Both the position numbers and the translations under genes were made by a program. Below are positions 31,633-41,409 of a stretch of DNA of 64,000 bases, one piece after another. Position 1 is the first letter of the stretch; the number at the start of each line of letters is the position of its first letter. This DNA is from Spirochaetia bacterium. Its GTDB lineage: Bacteria > Spirochaetota > Spirochaetia > SP-2023. The notes under the pieces are model-generated. The model was not told where the DNA came from. It was given only the letters and a program-made list of their open reading frames with translations, and did not search any database. Where the stretch lies: positions 32,001 through 96,000 of the forward strand of contig CBDDCK010000001.1 of the NCBI GenBank assembly GCA_965225855.1, read 5' to 3'.

Positions 31633-32253
31633 ATGGCACGAAATACCAAAGCTCGTGGTAAGATTGTACGCCGTCTGGGTACCAATGTTTATGGTCATAA
31701 AAAATATGACCGCCTCCTGCGGAAAAAGCCACAAGGACCGGGTTTAGACCGTGGTGAAAGGCCCCGCAAAAAAGTTTCCGAGTATGGTCGGCAGCTAGTT
31801 GAGAAGCAAAAACTTCGTTATAGCTATGGGCTAAGTGAGAAACAGTTCTATAATACTTTCCAACGCGCGAGAAAACGTAAAGATGGTCTTACTGGCGATA
31901 ACTTTTTGATCTTGTTGGAAAGTAGATTGGATAGCATTGTTTATCGTTTATCTTGGGGGAATTCCCTTGCTCATGCTCGCCAAATAGTTAGCCATGGGCA
32001 TGTTTGTATAAACAATCGCCGTGTGAATATTCCTTCTGTAACGCTTCGCGAAGGTGATATTATTAGCATGAAAAATAGCGATGTTTCGCGCAAATTAGTT
32101 CGTGAAGCAATGGCAAATAGCTCTAGTAGCATTCCGGCTTGGTTGGAATTGAAGGTTGATGATTTGTGTTGTACGGTTAAGCGTGAACCAACACGCAAGG
32201 ATATTCTTAGCATTGCCAACGAGCAAATGATTGTTGAATATTATTCCCGTTAA
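31633..32253 (+). CDS. rpsD: 30S ribosomal protein S4
   Basis: SEYGRQLVEKQKLR, LESRLD, ARQIVSHGH, IVEYYSR. Confidence 0.97.
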   Translation: MARNTKARGKIVRRLGTNVYGHKKYDRLLRKKPQGPGLDRGERPRKKVSEYGRQLVEKQKLRYSYGLSEKQFYNTFQRARKRKDGLTGDNFLILLESRLDSIVYRLSWGNSLAHARQIVSHGHVCINNRRVNIPSVTLREGDIISMKNSDVSRKLVREAMANSSSSIPAWLELKVDDLCCTVKREPTRKDILSIANEQMIVEYYSR

Positions 32254-32486
32254 TGATTTTGTAGACCCAGGAATATAGTCTTGCTGTAAGGGCTGTATTC
32301 CTAGGTTTTGGTTTTTAGTGAAGTTTTCATTTTTATATGGTAGTACGGGGTTGCTTGAGCTTTGCGCTGACCTTCCTTGCCTAAGTAAGAAAATTGTTTG
32401 AATGGGATACTTTGGATTTTTAGCTAATTCTATGATATTTATCAATAAGCATTGTTTTTATTGATATTATAATCTATTTTTATTCT

Positions 32487-34013
32487 ATGAATGATAAAAC
32501 TATTTTCCCTATATTTTTAGCTTCGTTGTTTCTTTTCTTGTTATTGAGTTGCTCCAGCACTGATGAACATGATCGTGCTGAATTGGTTGCTGAAGTTCCT
32601 TTTTTACATATACCACCTTTGCTGGATACAGCCAAAGGTAAGGTTACTTTGCGTGCTCAAAAAGGGGAGCATCAAATAATTCCCGGTATTTTCAGTTCTA
32701 GTATGGGTTATAATGGTTGGTTTTTAGGGCCAGCTATATTATTGCACAAAGGTAAACAGGCCCAAATTGAAGTGGTGAATGAGCTAGGGGAAGGAACTAC
32801 TCTTCATTCTCATGGGGCTATTATTCCTGGTTCAGCAGATGGGGGCCCCAGTAAAATTATTGAAGCTGGTACTTCTTGGTTGCTCGAATTTACCGTCGAT
32901 CAGCCGGCAGCAACGCTTTGGTTTCATCCCCATAAAATGGGGAGCACGGCTGCGCAAGTTTGGCAAGGTTTGGCTGGCCTATATATCGTCAGTGATCGAG
33001 ACATTGAAAACCTGCCTCTACCGAAGGATTATGGTAGAGATGATATTCCTATTGTGATTCAAGAACGTTACCTTGATGATCATGGCGAAATGTTGCCTTA
33101 TGAGGACGTTGCTTCTAATCATATGGCGGTGATGAATGGTGTGGGCGGTAATGCGATTTTGATTAATGGGCAGCTGCAGCCCAAATTAGACGCCGCTAGT
33201 GGTTGGTTGCGCCTACGCCTTTTAAATAGTTCTAATGCTAGCAGTTACCGTTTTAGTTTCTACAATCAGCAGCAGAAAAAGCCTATAAATTTTTATCGGA
33301 TTGCCACAGAACAAGGGCTTTTAAATAAGCCGGAAAAGCGAATGCACTTGGACTTGGCAACGGGTAGTCGCACGGAAGTTATGCTTGAATTGCCAAAACA
33401 AGCAGACACGATTCAGCTAGAATTGGCATTGTGGGATCGCAATCTCGATGCGCCCAGTCGGAATCGCTACCCCGTTATGAATATCGAAGTGAATCCCAAA
33501 CAAACGGCCAAAGGCCAATTGCCGGAAATACTGCATGATTCAGATGGTTCAGAACAACAGCAACGCATGATAGAATTGCAAACGATAGCAAACCAGCTCG
33601 CAGAAGCAAGCGAACAAAAAACCACACAACGGAATTTTGAGCTTCAAATGATGAACGGCTCAATGATGTCTCGAGATGGCGCATCACCATATAGTATTAA
33701 CGGCGATGCTTTTCAGGCAAATGCCATTAATTTTGATGTTTCTAAAGGCCGCTATGAAGTTTGGCGATTCACTACCGATATGCTTGGCCATCCGGTTCAC
33801 ATCCACGGTGTACAGTTTCGCATCTTAAAATCTGCCTGGCAACCACAAGGTAGCTCTGGTTGGCATGATACATTTACGATTCAAACGGAAGGCGAAGCAA
33901 TAGTTCTTCTTCGTTTTCCTGAAAATGCCGATGAGGAAAACCCTTACATGCTCCACTGCCACATGTTGGAACATGAAGAAGCGGGCATGATGGCTGCGTT
34001 TACTGTCAGCTAG
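32487..34013 (+). CDS. Multicopper oxidase (CueO-like), lipoprotein
   Basis: All four Cu motifs: HSHG, WFHPH, HPVHIHG, HCHMLEHEEAGMM; lipobox LLLSC. Confidence 0.9.
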   Translation: MNDKTIFPIFLASLFLFLLLSCSSTDEHDRAELVAEVPFLHIPPLLDTAKGKVTLRAQKGEHQIIPGIFSSSMGYNGWFLGPAILLHKGKQAQIEVVNELGEGTTLHSHGAIIPGSADGGPSKIIEAGTSWLLEFTVDQPAATLWFHPHKMGSTAAQVWQGLAGLYIVSDRDIENLPLPKDYGRDDIPIVIQERYLDDHGEMLPYEDVASNHMAVMNGVGGNAILINGQLQPKLDAASGWLRLRLLNSSNASSYRFSFYNQQQKKPINFYRIATEQGLLNKPEKRMHLDLATGSRTEVMLELPKQADTIQLELALWDRNLDAPSRNRYPVMNIEVNPKQTAKGQLPEILHDSDGSEQQQRMIELQTIANQLAEASEQKTTQRNFELQMMNGSMMSRDGASPYSINGDAFQANAINFDVSKGRYEVWRFTTDMLGHPVHIHGVQFRILKSAWQPQGSSGWHDTFTIQTEGEAIVLLRFPENADEENPYMLHCHMLEHEEAGMMAAFTVS

Positions 34014-34032
34014 TTATCAAATTTTGATTAGC

Positions 34033-34164
34033 TTATTGGCAAGCTTCACAATCAGGGTCGCTTAGCACACAAAGTCGCACCTCCTGATTGTGTTCCAGCA
34101 TGTTTTCGCTCATAATGAAATCTTCCTCTTGCTGCTCAAGATCATCCCAATCCAACATGTTCAT
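34033..34164 (-). CDS. Uncalled 43-aa peptide carrying an RNR-alpha-type C-terminal Cys tail (MNMLDWDDLEQQEEDFIMSENMLEHNQEVRLCVLSDPDCEACQ)
   Basis: GAGGGG RBS upstream of the ATG; in-frame TAA two codons before the ATG; ends C-x6-CEACQ like NrdA C-termini; 79 bp downstream of nrdA. Confidence 0.8.
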   Translation of the reverse strand: MNMLDWDDLEQQEEDFIMSENMLEHNQEVRLCVLSDPDCEACQ

Positions 34165-34243
34165 TTTTTATTTCCCCTCACTTTACTTTTTTATATTCTT
34201 CGACTGTTAGCTAGAGCTTCTCAAATATTTTTTGTATAAAATT

Positions 34244-36586
34244 TTAATTCCCCCCTATAGATATTGATTTTTCTGTAGATGTTGCACCTAGTCCGCGTAA
34301 ATAATACGTTGTTTTTAAGCCACGTAACCAAGCTATACGATAGGTTATATCAATTTTTTTTCCGTTAGCCTGCCCCATATAAATATTGAGAGACTGGGCT
34401 TGGTCAATCCATTTTTGCCTGCGGGCTGCAGCTTCTATTGTCCAGCGTGGGTCTAATTCAAAAGCGGTTAAATATCTTTGTTTAAGTTCTTCGGGAATAG
34501 ACTCGATATGCTGCACGCTGCCACCTGAACGTTTGAGCTTTTCCAGTAGCTCATTGGTCCACAAGCCCAAGGCACGCAATTCTGCCACTAAATAACGGTT
34601 AATGATGGTAAATTCTCCCGACAAGTTGGACTTGACGTAGACATTTTGAAAAGTGGGCTCTATAGATTGGCTAACTCCGACAATATTGGATATTGTTGCT
34701 GTAGGGGCAATTGCCATCACGTTAGAATTTCGCATACCTTCACGTACTTTTTGCCGCAATTCAGACCAATCCAAATTTTGACTGCGGTCGAGTTCTAAAT
34801 AATCCTCACCACGATTTTGGGCTAGTAATTCAATACTGTCAATAGGCAGTATACCTTGGTGCCATAGTGAATTGACAAAAGTTTTATAGCTCCCTCGCTC
34901 TTTGGCCAAATTGTGTGAAGCTTCAATCGCATAGTAGGAAATCCATTCAACAGAATTATCGGCAAATTGAACTGCCTCCTCCGAGCTAAAAGAAATACCC
35001 AATTTATACAGTGCATCTTGAAAACCCATCATGCCCAGACCGACTGGACGGTGTTGCATATTACTTTGGCGGGCTTTGTCTACAGCGTAATAATTAATAT
35101 CAATTACATTGTCTAACATTCGCATGGCCGTGCGAATAGTTTGCCGCAGCTTATTTTTTTGCAACTCGCCATTTTCAATATGCGCTGCCAAATTGATAGA
35201 ACCCAAATTACAAACCGCTATTTCTTTGTCGTTGGTATTTAAGGTAATTTCTGTACAAAGATTTGATGAATGCACTTGGCCAACGTGTTGTTGTGGGTTG
35301 CGCAAGTTGCAAGGGTCTTTAAAAGTCATCCATGGGTGCCCCGTTTCAAATAACATGGATAGGATTTTGCGCCACAAGGTTACAGCTTCCAACTTTTTGT
35401 GCCATAATTTTCCATCTACAGCCAACACTTGGTATTCTGCGTATCGCTCTTCAAATGCACGACCGTAAAGGTCGTGTAGGTCGCTGACATCGGAAGGGGA
35501 AAATAAAAACCACGGGCCGTTTTCTAATACTCGTTTTACTAGCAAATCTGGTACCCAAATTGCGGTATTCATATCGTGGGTACGGCGGCGTTCGTCTCCA
35601 GTATTTTTGCGCAGCTCTATAAACTCTTCAATATCCAAATGCCAAACTTCTAAGTAAGCGCAAGTGGCTCCTTTGCGCTTCCCACCTTGGTTTACAGCTA
35701 CCGCTGTATCGTTTACGACTTTTAAAAACGGAACAACCCCTTGGCTTTTACCATTGGTTCCTTTGATATGCGACCCCATAGCCCTAACGGGCGTCCAATC
35801 GTTGCCCAAGCCGCCAGCCCATTTCGATAACATAGCGTTGTCATGGATTGCATTAAAAATACCGTCCAGATCATCGGGTACGGTAGTTAAATAACAAGAT
35901 GATAATTGAGAATGCAGAGTACCTGAATTAAACAAAGTTGGGGTTGAGGTCATATAGTCAAAACTAGAAATTAAATTATAAAACTCAATAGCCCTTTGTG
36001 TGGGTTGCTGTTCTTGCAAAGCAAGCCCCATGGCCACACGCATAAAAAATATTTGGGGCAGCTCTAAGCGAACATTGTCTTGATTTAAGAAATAACGGTC
36101 GTAGAGAGTTTGCAATCCGATATATTGAAATTGCAGATCACGTTCTGGTTTTAGGGCATCGGCGAGTGTTTCTAAGTCAAAACGAGTTGCCATTTCTGGT
36201 GTTAGCAATTCCGCTTCAATACCTTTTGGGATATATACGAGGAAAATTTGTCTATAAATATCTTTTAAATTTTGTTGATTGGAAAGGTCTATATCTTGGA
36301 TATGATAAGCTTTGCGAATGTCTTCTGAAAATAATTTGTACAGCAGCAACCTAGCCGCAACATAACTATAATTGGGTTCCCGCTCAACTAATGTGCGGCT
36401 ATTGATTAGCAAGGCCGTATGCAATTCTGATTGGGTAATGCCTTTGTATAGACTGCGCAGCGTGTTGTTTAGAATTTCTTGGCCATCAACTCTGGCCACA
36501 TCTTGCACTGCATAGTGAATGATTTCCTGTATTAGATTTGTGTCAAAAGATTGATTTTCTCTTAATAGAGATTTGTCTACAAGCAT
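34244..36586 (-). CDS. nrdA: Class I ribonucleotide reductase alpha subunit (Pseudomonas/Chlamydia-like group), lacking the C-terminal Cys pair
   Basis: TPTLFNSG, QLSSCYL, NQGGKRKGA, SSNLCTEI, VCNLGS, APTATIS, TTYYLR; ends ATSTEKSISIGGN*. Confidence 0.95.
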   Translation of the reverse strand: MLVDKSLLRENQSFDTNLIQEIIHYAVQDVARVDGQEILNNTLRSLYKGITQSELHTALLINSRTLVEREPNYSYVAARLLLYKLFSEDIRKAYHIQDIDLSNQQNLKDIYRQIFLVYIPKGIEAELLTPEMATRFDLETLADALKPERDLQFQYIGLQTLYDRYFLNQDNVRLELPQIFFMRVAMGLALQEQQPTQRAIEFYNLISSFDYMTSTPTLFNSGTLHSQLSSCYLTTVPDDLDGIFNAIHDNAMLSKWAGGLGNDWTPVRAMGSHIKGTNGKSQGVVPFLKVVNDTAVAVNQGGKRKGATCAYLEVWHLDIEEFIELRKNTGDERRRTHDMNTAIWVPDLLVKRVLENGPWFLFSPSDVSDLHDLYGRAFEERYAEYQVLAVDGKLWHKKLEAVTLWRKILSMLFETGHPWMTFKDPCNLRNPQQHVGQVHSSNLCTEITLNTNDKEIAVCNLGSINLAAHIENGELQKNKLRQTIRTAMRMLDNVIDINYYAVDKARQSNMQHRPVGLGMMGFQDALYKLGISFSSEEAVQFADNSVEWISYYAIEASHNLAKERGSYKTFVNSLWHQGILPIDSIELLAQNRGEDYLELDRSQNLDWSELRQKVREGMRNSNVMAIAPTATISNIVGVSQSIEPTFQNVYVKSNLSGEFTIINRYLVAELRALGLWTNELLEKLKRSGGSVQHIESIPEELKQRYLTAFELDPRWTIEAAARRQKWIDQAQSLNIYMGQANGKKIDITYRIAWLRGLKTTYYLRGLGATSTEKSISIGGN

Positions 36587-36680
36587 AACCGTCCCCCCCT
36601 AAATTACCTTGATTAAAAATTTTTTGACTGCATTATCCAAATCCAATCGCTACTTTTTTATTCACAACGATAAAACCACA

Positions 36681-36738
36681 ACCACAATATATTGTGGTTT
36701 CTCTACCATTTATTGGGTAAAACATACAACATATTGCG
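36681..36738. promoter_or_regulatory. NrdR boxes (three, 21-bp spacing)
   Basis: Perfect palindrome ACCACAATATATTGTGGT; cores CAATATATTG (36685), CCATTTATTG (36706), CAACATATTG (36727) upstream of nrdA. Confidence 0.8.
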
Positions 36739-36743
36739 CTACT

Positions 36744-36771
36744 ATGATAAGAATCGTGGGTAAACTGTCAA
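36744..36771 (-). promoter_or_regulatory. sigma70-type promoter of nrdA
   Basis: TTGACA-N16-TATCAT on the minus strand, immediately upstream of the NrdR boxes. Confidence 0.65.
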
Positions 36772-36969
36772 GCAATCAAGACGGAAAATCCCATAAAAAC
36801 TATAATTGACTTAAAACAATATAATTAAGATTTTTATAGTTTTTATTATATTTAAATTAAAATAGATACTTTAAATAACTTCATTTAAATCATAGAATAT
36901 TCTCCATTTAATTTAGAGAAATTTTTGAGTCATAAATTTTTTTATTTGCGCTAGATTGAGGAGGTTATT

Positions 36970-37716
36970 TTGTTTGGCTTTGTTAGGGATTTTTTTCATA
37001 TTTTTGTAAATAACGATAAGATAAAAAAGCAGCAAAAACAATTATGCCTGAAAATTTTATTTTGTTTGTTGTTAGGGTTTCATTTCCAGCAGCCATTAAC
37101 TGCTAGAAAAATTCCGAATAAAACGGTAGAGAAAGCTGCTAGAAGCGCGTCCAGCTTACTATCCTTACAGCGTAGCCCATTTTTTGATTCTTTAGGGATT
37201 CAACTAGGCGTAGCCTATGGCCACAATGAAGTAAAAAATTTAAAATCTTGGAGGGGCTTGATCTTTGGTGGTGGTATTGTTAGCGATCTCCATATTTTCC
37301 GTGAGACTTGGCTAAAAATGGGTTTGGGTTTGAATTTACAAGCAGAATTTTATTTTTTGCCGGAAAATGAAAAACCTTTTTATTTAGCTGAAGAGGGTTA
37401 TTTGCGTTTGTTGTCCCTGCGTTTTGAAAATCGCTTGAGTTTTTTTCCAGTAGATTTTTTATATTTTGGGCCCGGGGTGGCATTATCGGTAAACCTAACA
37501 GGTTCATTGGGTGATGCTGAACGCGGGGAAATCAAAACATATGAGAGCTTCCTAATACCCTATATTACATTTCATGTTGGCTATAAACATCGAAAACCTA
37601 TTTTGCAAAGCATTCGGTGGGCTGTTGGACTAGATGGCAGGATTACTGTAAATAATGAAGCCCATTTTGAATTGGGTGCTCGAATCAGTTTTACCTATCA
37701 ATTTAGCAAAAAATGA
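36970..37716 (+). CDS. Hypothetical protein, probable small outer-membrane beta-barrel
   Basis: Signal-like segment, amphipathic strands, C-terminal ISFTYQF; stop overlaps the next start (ATGA). Confidence 0.6.
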   Translation: MFGFVRDFFHIFVNNDKIKKQQKQLCLKILFCLLLGFHFQQPLTARKIPNKTVEKAARSASSLLSLQRSPFFDSLGIQLGVAYGHNEVKNLKSWRGLIFGGGIVSDLHIFRETWLKMGLGLNLQAEFYFLPENEKPFYLAEEGYLRLLSLRFENRLSFFPVDFLYFGPGVALSVNLTGSLGDAERGEIKTYESFLIPYITFHVGYKHRKPILQSIRWAVGLDGRITVNNEAHFELGARISFTYQFSKK

Positions 37717-38756
37717 GAATTTTTATGCCCGTAGTATTAGCAAATTATACAAATTTATTTTGTAAAAAAATTTTTTACTGGTTTGGTGTTTTCTTGCTGT
37801 TGATTCTATTTTTCAGTTGTTCGCAAGAGGGCTCTCCGTTTACTGTAGATGCGGCTAACCATTCTCCCTTTGGGGTTCATACACGCCAAATTTTGAACAG
37901 CTTGCGCTATTTGCCAGATGACCCTGCTGATATGAGTGCTAGCGACCTCAAATTTTTCCGCAACAAGCCTTGGGTTGTGATAGAGGCCATCAGTTCAAAA
38001 TTTACACCTAAATACGGTAAGGCTAACGATTTTTACCAAGATTTTGACATCCGCATGAGCCACATGAAATATTTGATACACACAAGGGCCTTTGCCGACG
38101 AGATAGTAGAACGAGGTTTTGCCATGTCTGAGAAAAAGTCTAGGCCCTTTGCTCTCAAAGAACAAGAGCTTCGCTCCTCTATATATCGCAAGCTGGATAC
38201 TGAATTTCACATTCATCCGCTAGAAATACTTTTGCTATTGCGCAATATGCATTACAAGCTACGAGTTGCAAATAAGGCTAACTACCATGCTCATACGTAT
38301 AGAGCACTTCTTGGCAAAATGGGGCGCTTTGAGCCTAAAATCCCCTTTACGGGTTGGGACCCGATTAAAGGATTTGGCACTCGGGGCGCAGCACGGCAAT
38401 ACTCTAAAATCCCCTTTACAGGTTGGGACCCGATTAAAGATGGTGGCTTTAAACCAGAGCAAATTGTTTGGCTCAACAGTACAAAAGTTATTCCAGATCT
38501 TATGATTCATGAAATATTGCATAACTGGGGCTATAACCATACGCCTCTAAATCAAGACCTTGATGCTCCTTATAGGGTCCAACTTGCTATCCTTAAGATT
38601 TATATTGTTGATAACCCCCCCAGAAAAAAACTTTATGAACAGCACAGTAAAAGCGGAAAGTTACCGACCATTTTTAATGTCAAAAAAACAGCAAAATTGA
38701 CTACGAAATATGACCAACCCAAGCCAAAGCCAAAGTCAAAAAACAGGCAAAATTGA
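37713..38756 (+). CDS. Lipoprotein with zincin-like HEXXH motif
   Basis: Lipobox LFFSC; MIHEILHNWGYNH; internal duplication KIPFTGWDPIK. Confidence 0.7.
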   Translation: MRIFMPVVLANYTNLFCKKIFYWFGVFLLLILFFSCSQEGSPFTVDAANHSPFGVHTRQILNSLRYLPDDPADMSASDLKFFRNKPWVVIEAISSKFTPKYGKANDFYQDFDIRMSHMKYLIHTRAFADEIVERGFAMSEKKSRPFALKEQELRSSIYRKLDTEFHIHPLEILLLLRNMHYKLRVANKANYHAHTYRALLGKMGRFEPKIPFTGWDPIKGFGTRGAARQYSKIPFTGWDPIKDGGFKPEQIVWLNSTKVIPDLMIHEILHNWGYNHTPLNQDLDAPYRVQLAILKIYIVDNPPRKKLYEQHSKSGKLPTIFNVKKTAKLTTKYDQPKPKPKSKNRQN

Positions 38757-38793
38757 CTACGGAACATGACAGGCCCTAAAATTTTAACTCTAT

Positions 38794-39610
38794 TTAGAAG
38801 AGTTGATGGTCTTTAGTCCAATCTCGGCTTTCAAACCAATAGAGGCTTTTTTCTTCTAAAAATTTATTGCGCCAATTTTCTTCTATCCAACTATTTACAT
38901 AGTCGAGTAGTTTGGGATCGACATTTTTAGGCAATGCAAAGGCTACGTCATCTTTTTGCAAATTACGGCCCCATTCTGGTATGTACAATAATTCTGGTGC
39001 CGATTCTAAATGTGCTACAGCTTCAATGCTGGTGGTAATAAAAGCATCGGCCTGACCGTTGAGCAAATCTTGGATAGAAAGCCCATCATCATCAAAAGAT
39101 TTTAACTGTGCTTTGGGGAATAGCTTTCGGGTCAATGATATGGGCGTGGAACCTGTACGGCCGACAAAGCGATAGTCTTCACTGTTTAAACTTTCTAGCG
39201 AAGTAGCATTTATATTTTTGTTGAGCAATAAAAAAAATTTGACATATTCATATGGTTTAGAAAATGTTACTTGTTTTGCTCGTTCAGGGGTTATCGACAT
39301 TCCGCCGATGATAATATCAAATTTACCAAGGAGTAGAGCAGGGATAATACCAGCCCATGCGGTTGGAACTAATTCTAACTCAAGGTTCATATCTTTAGCT
39401 AATTTTGTCGCCACATCTATTTCAAAGCCAATCCATTGGCCATCGCTATTTTGCATCGCCCATGGATTAAAGGAAGAAAGCCCCACTTTTAGGACCTCTC
39501 TGGCACGGATTTTTTCTAATCCAGATTCAGGTGTTTTCTTCTGGGCACAACTGGGCCAATAATACGGTTATAGCAATGCATAATGTTGCGTAGCGAAAAT
39601 GTGAAAACAT
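38794..39610 (-). CDS. Polar amino-acid ABC substrate-binding lipoprotein, frameshifted in the signal peptide
   Basis: IGFEIDVA, WAGIIPALLLGKFDIIIGGMSITPERA. ATG 39610 joins the body as LASCAQKK if one base of GGG 39553-39555 is removed. Confidence 0.85.
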
Positions 39611-39657
39611 AACAATGAACTCCCTGTGTTGTCTATAAAATTTGAATTTTAAAAAAA

Positions 39658-40641
39658 TTAACGAATTTGGTAGTGTTTTACAAAACGGCTAGCGATATAT
39701 GAGCACAAGCTGGTAAGCAAAAAATAAAGTAATAGCATAATAATGGAACTTTCCACAAAGGCCCTAGTTGTCGTTATGATTTGTCTACTGCGAAATGTTA
39801 GCTCTTGAATGGAAATTAGCGAAACAATAGATGAATCTTTAATAGCTGAAACAAACTGGTTTGTCAATGCCGGCAGCTGGGCTCGGAAAATTTGAGGAAG
39901 AATGACCAATAGGTAATTTTGCCACGGAGTAAGCCCCAAAGAAAAAGCCGCATCATGCTGGCTCTTTGGTATGGCTTGAATCCCCGCCCGTATAATTTCG
40001 GCAATATAGGAACCTTGGTAAATTCCGAGTATCGTAATTGCGGAAAAGAAATTGCCCAATATTAAATTGTTTTGGCCACTGCCCATATCAAAGAAAAAGC
40101 CAAGCCAACTACGCATGTTTGCTGAAGCATTGCGGCTAAGCGATTCCAATCCCAACCAATCGATTAGCGGGGAGGCAAAGAAAAAGTAAAAAATGGTTAC
40201 AATTACTAATGGTGGAATATTGCGAATAAGCTCGACATAAAATTGGCCTAATAAACGGAGAAAGCCTAATTTTTGCACCTGTAATATTCCTACTGGTACA
40301 CCAATGATAATTCCAGTAATGATGCTATACAGTGCTAGTTTTATAGTACTCAACAAACCTTCTAAAATAGGCCCTGCTTGCAGTTTGCCATTGGAATCGC
40401 TCAAGAAAAAAAATTGAAAAACGCGCTGCCAATTCCAATGGTATTGCAGCTCACTTTTTGCTTCTTCAAAGTAACGCGAGAAATTAAATACAATCAAAAA
40501 AAGTAATAACCATACCAGTAGATCGCGCCAACCCAAACTTAGTGAAGAAAATGGAGTAGCAAAGCTGTGCTTGATTTTTGCCGAATACCCAATAGGCTTT
40601 ATGAGTGGTTTCATAGGTGGCTTTTTTGGAAAGTTAAACAT
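39658..40641 (-). CDS. Amino-acid ABC permease
   Basis: YVELIRNIPPLV, SYIAEIIRAGIQAI, IKDSSIVSLISIQELT. Confidence 0.9.
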   Translation of the reverse strand: MFNFPKKPPMKPLIKPIGYSAKIKHSFATPFSSLSLGWRDLLVWLLLFLIVFNFSRYFEEAKSELQYHWNWQRVFQFFFLSDSNGKLQAGPILEGLLSTIKLALYSIITGIIIGVPVGILQVQKLGFLRLLGQFYVELIRNIPPLVIVTIFYFFFASPLIDWLGLESLSRNASANMRSWLGFFFDMGSGQNNLILGNFFSAITILGIYQGSYIAEIIRAGIQAIPKSQHDAAFSLGLTPWQNYLLVILPQIFRAQLPALTNQFVSAIKDSSIVSLISIQELTFRSRQIITTTRAFVESSIIMLLLYFLLTSLCSYIASRFVKHYQIR

Positions 40642-41395
40642 GTTCCTCCGAATAGAAAATAAATTCCTTCGCTCGTTCTGTGCTCGGTTGTGTAAAAAAT
40701 TTTTCGGCAGGGCTATCTTCAACGATTTGGCTCTGATCCATAAAAATTATACGGCTGGCAGCTTCACGGGCAAAATGCATTTCGTGAGTGACAACAAGCA
40801 TTGTCGTTTTGTTTTGCGCCAAATCGCGCATAACTTTTAAAACCTCAGCAACTCGTTCGGGGTCTAGAGAAGAAGTTGGTTCATCGAACAGCATCAACTT
40901 AGGTTCCATTACCAAAGCGCGTGCTATGGCCACGCGTTGTTGTTGGCCTCCAGAAAGCTCGCTGGGATAAGAATTTATTTTATCATAGATCTCCACTTCT
41001 TTAAGCCATTGCTCGGTGCAATTGTTGGCTTCATCTTTAGACCTTTTGCGTACATGGCGCTGTGCTAAGTTTAAATTCCCCCGCACTGTAAGGTGTGGGA
41101 ATAAATTAAATTGTTGAAAAACCATGCCAATATCTTGGCGCAGCTTGCGTTGGATACGTTGGCTACAGCCTACCAGCTCTTGCCCTGCAATTTGAATACT
41201 GCCAGAGCTGCAATGTTCCAGTGCATTTAAACAATAGAGCAAGGTAGATTTGCCCGAACCAGAAGAACCAATGATTGCCAGTACTTCGCCTTTTTCTACG
41301 GTAAAATTAATGTTTTCAAGAGCTTGCACCGGTGGGTGGCGATGTGAGTAGAAAGTTTTACATAGTTGCTGAACTTTGAGTAGAGGATTGGGCAT
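40634..41395 (-). CDS. Amino-acid ABC ATP-binding protein (GlnQ-like)
   Basis: [44 protein letters not shown]. Confidence 0.93.
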   Translation of the reverse strand: MPNPLLKVQQLCKTFYSHRHPPVQALENINFTVEKGEVLAIIGSSGSGKSTLLYCLNALEHCSSGSIQIAGQELVGCSQRIQRKLRQDIGMVFQQFNLFPHLTVRGNLNLAQRHVRKRSKDEANNCTEQWLKEVEIYDKINSYPSELSGGQQQRVAIARALVMEPKLMLFDEPTSSLDPERVAEVLKVMRDLAQNKTTMLVVTHEMHFAREAASRIIFMDQSQIVEDSPAEKFFTQPSTERAKEFIFYSEEHV

Positions 41396-41409
41396 AAAAA
41401 GAATCTTTG

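Noticed and set aside
34165..34256. Single frameshift at G6 joining nrdA to the Cys-tail ORF
   Set aside because: Both alternative frames hit stops within the gap, and a TAA sits in frame just before the small ORF's ATG.
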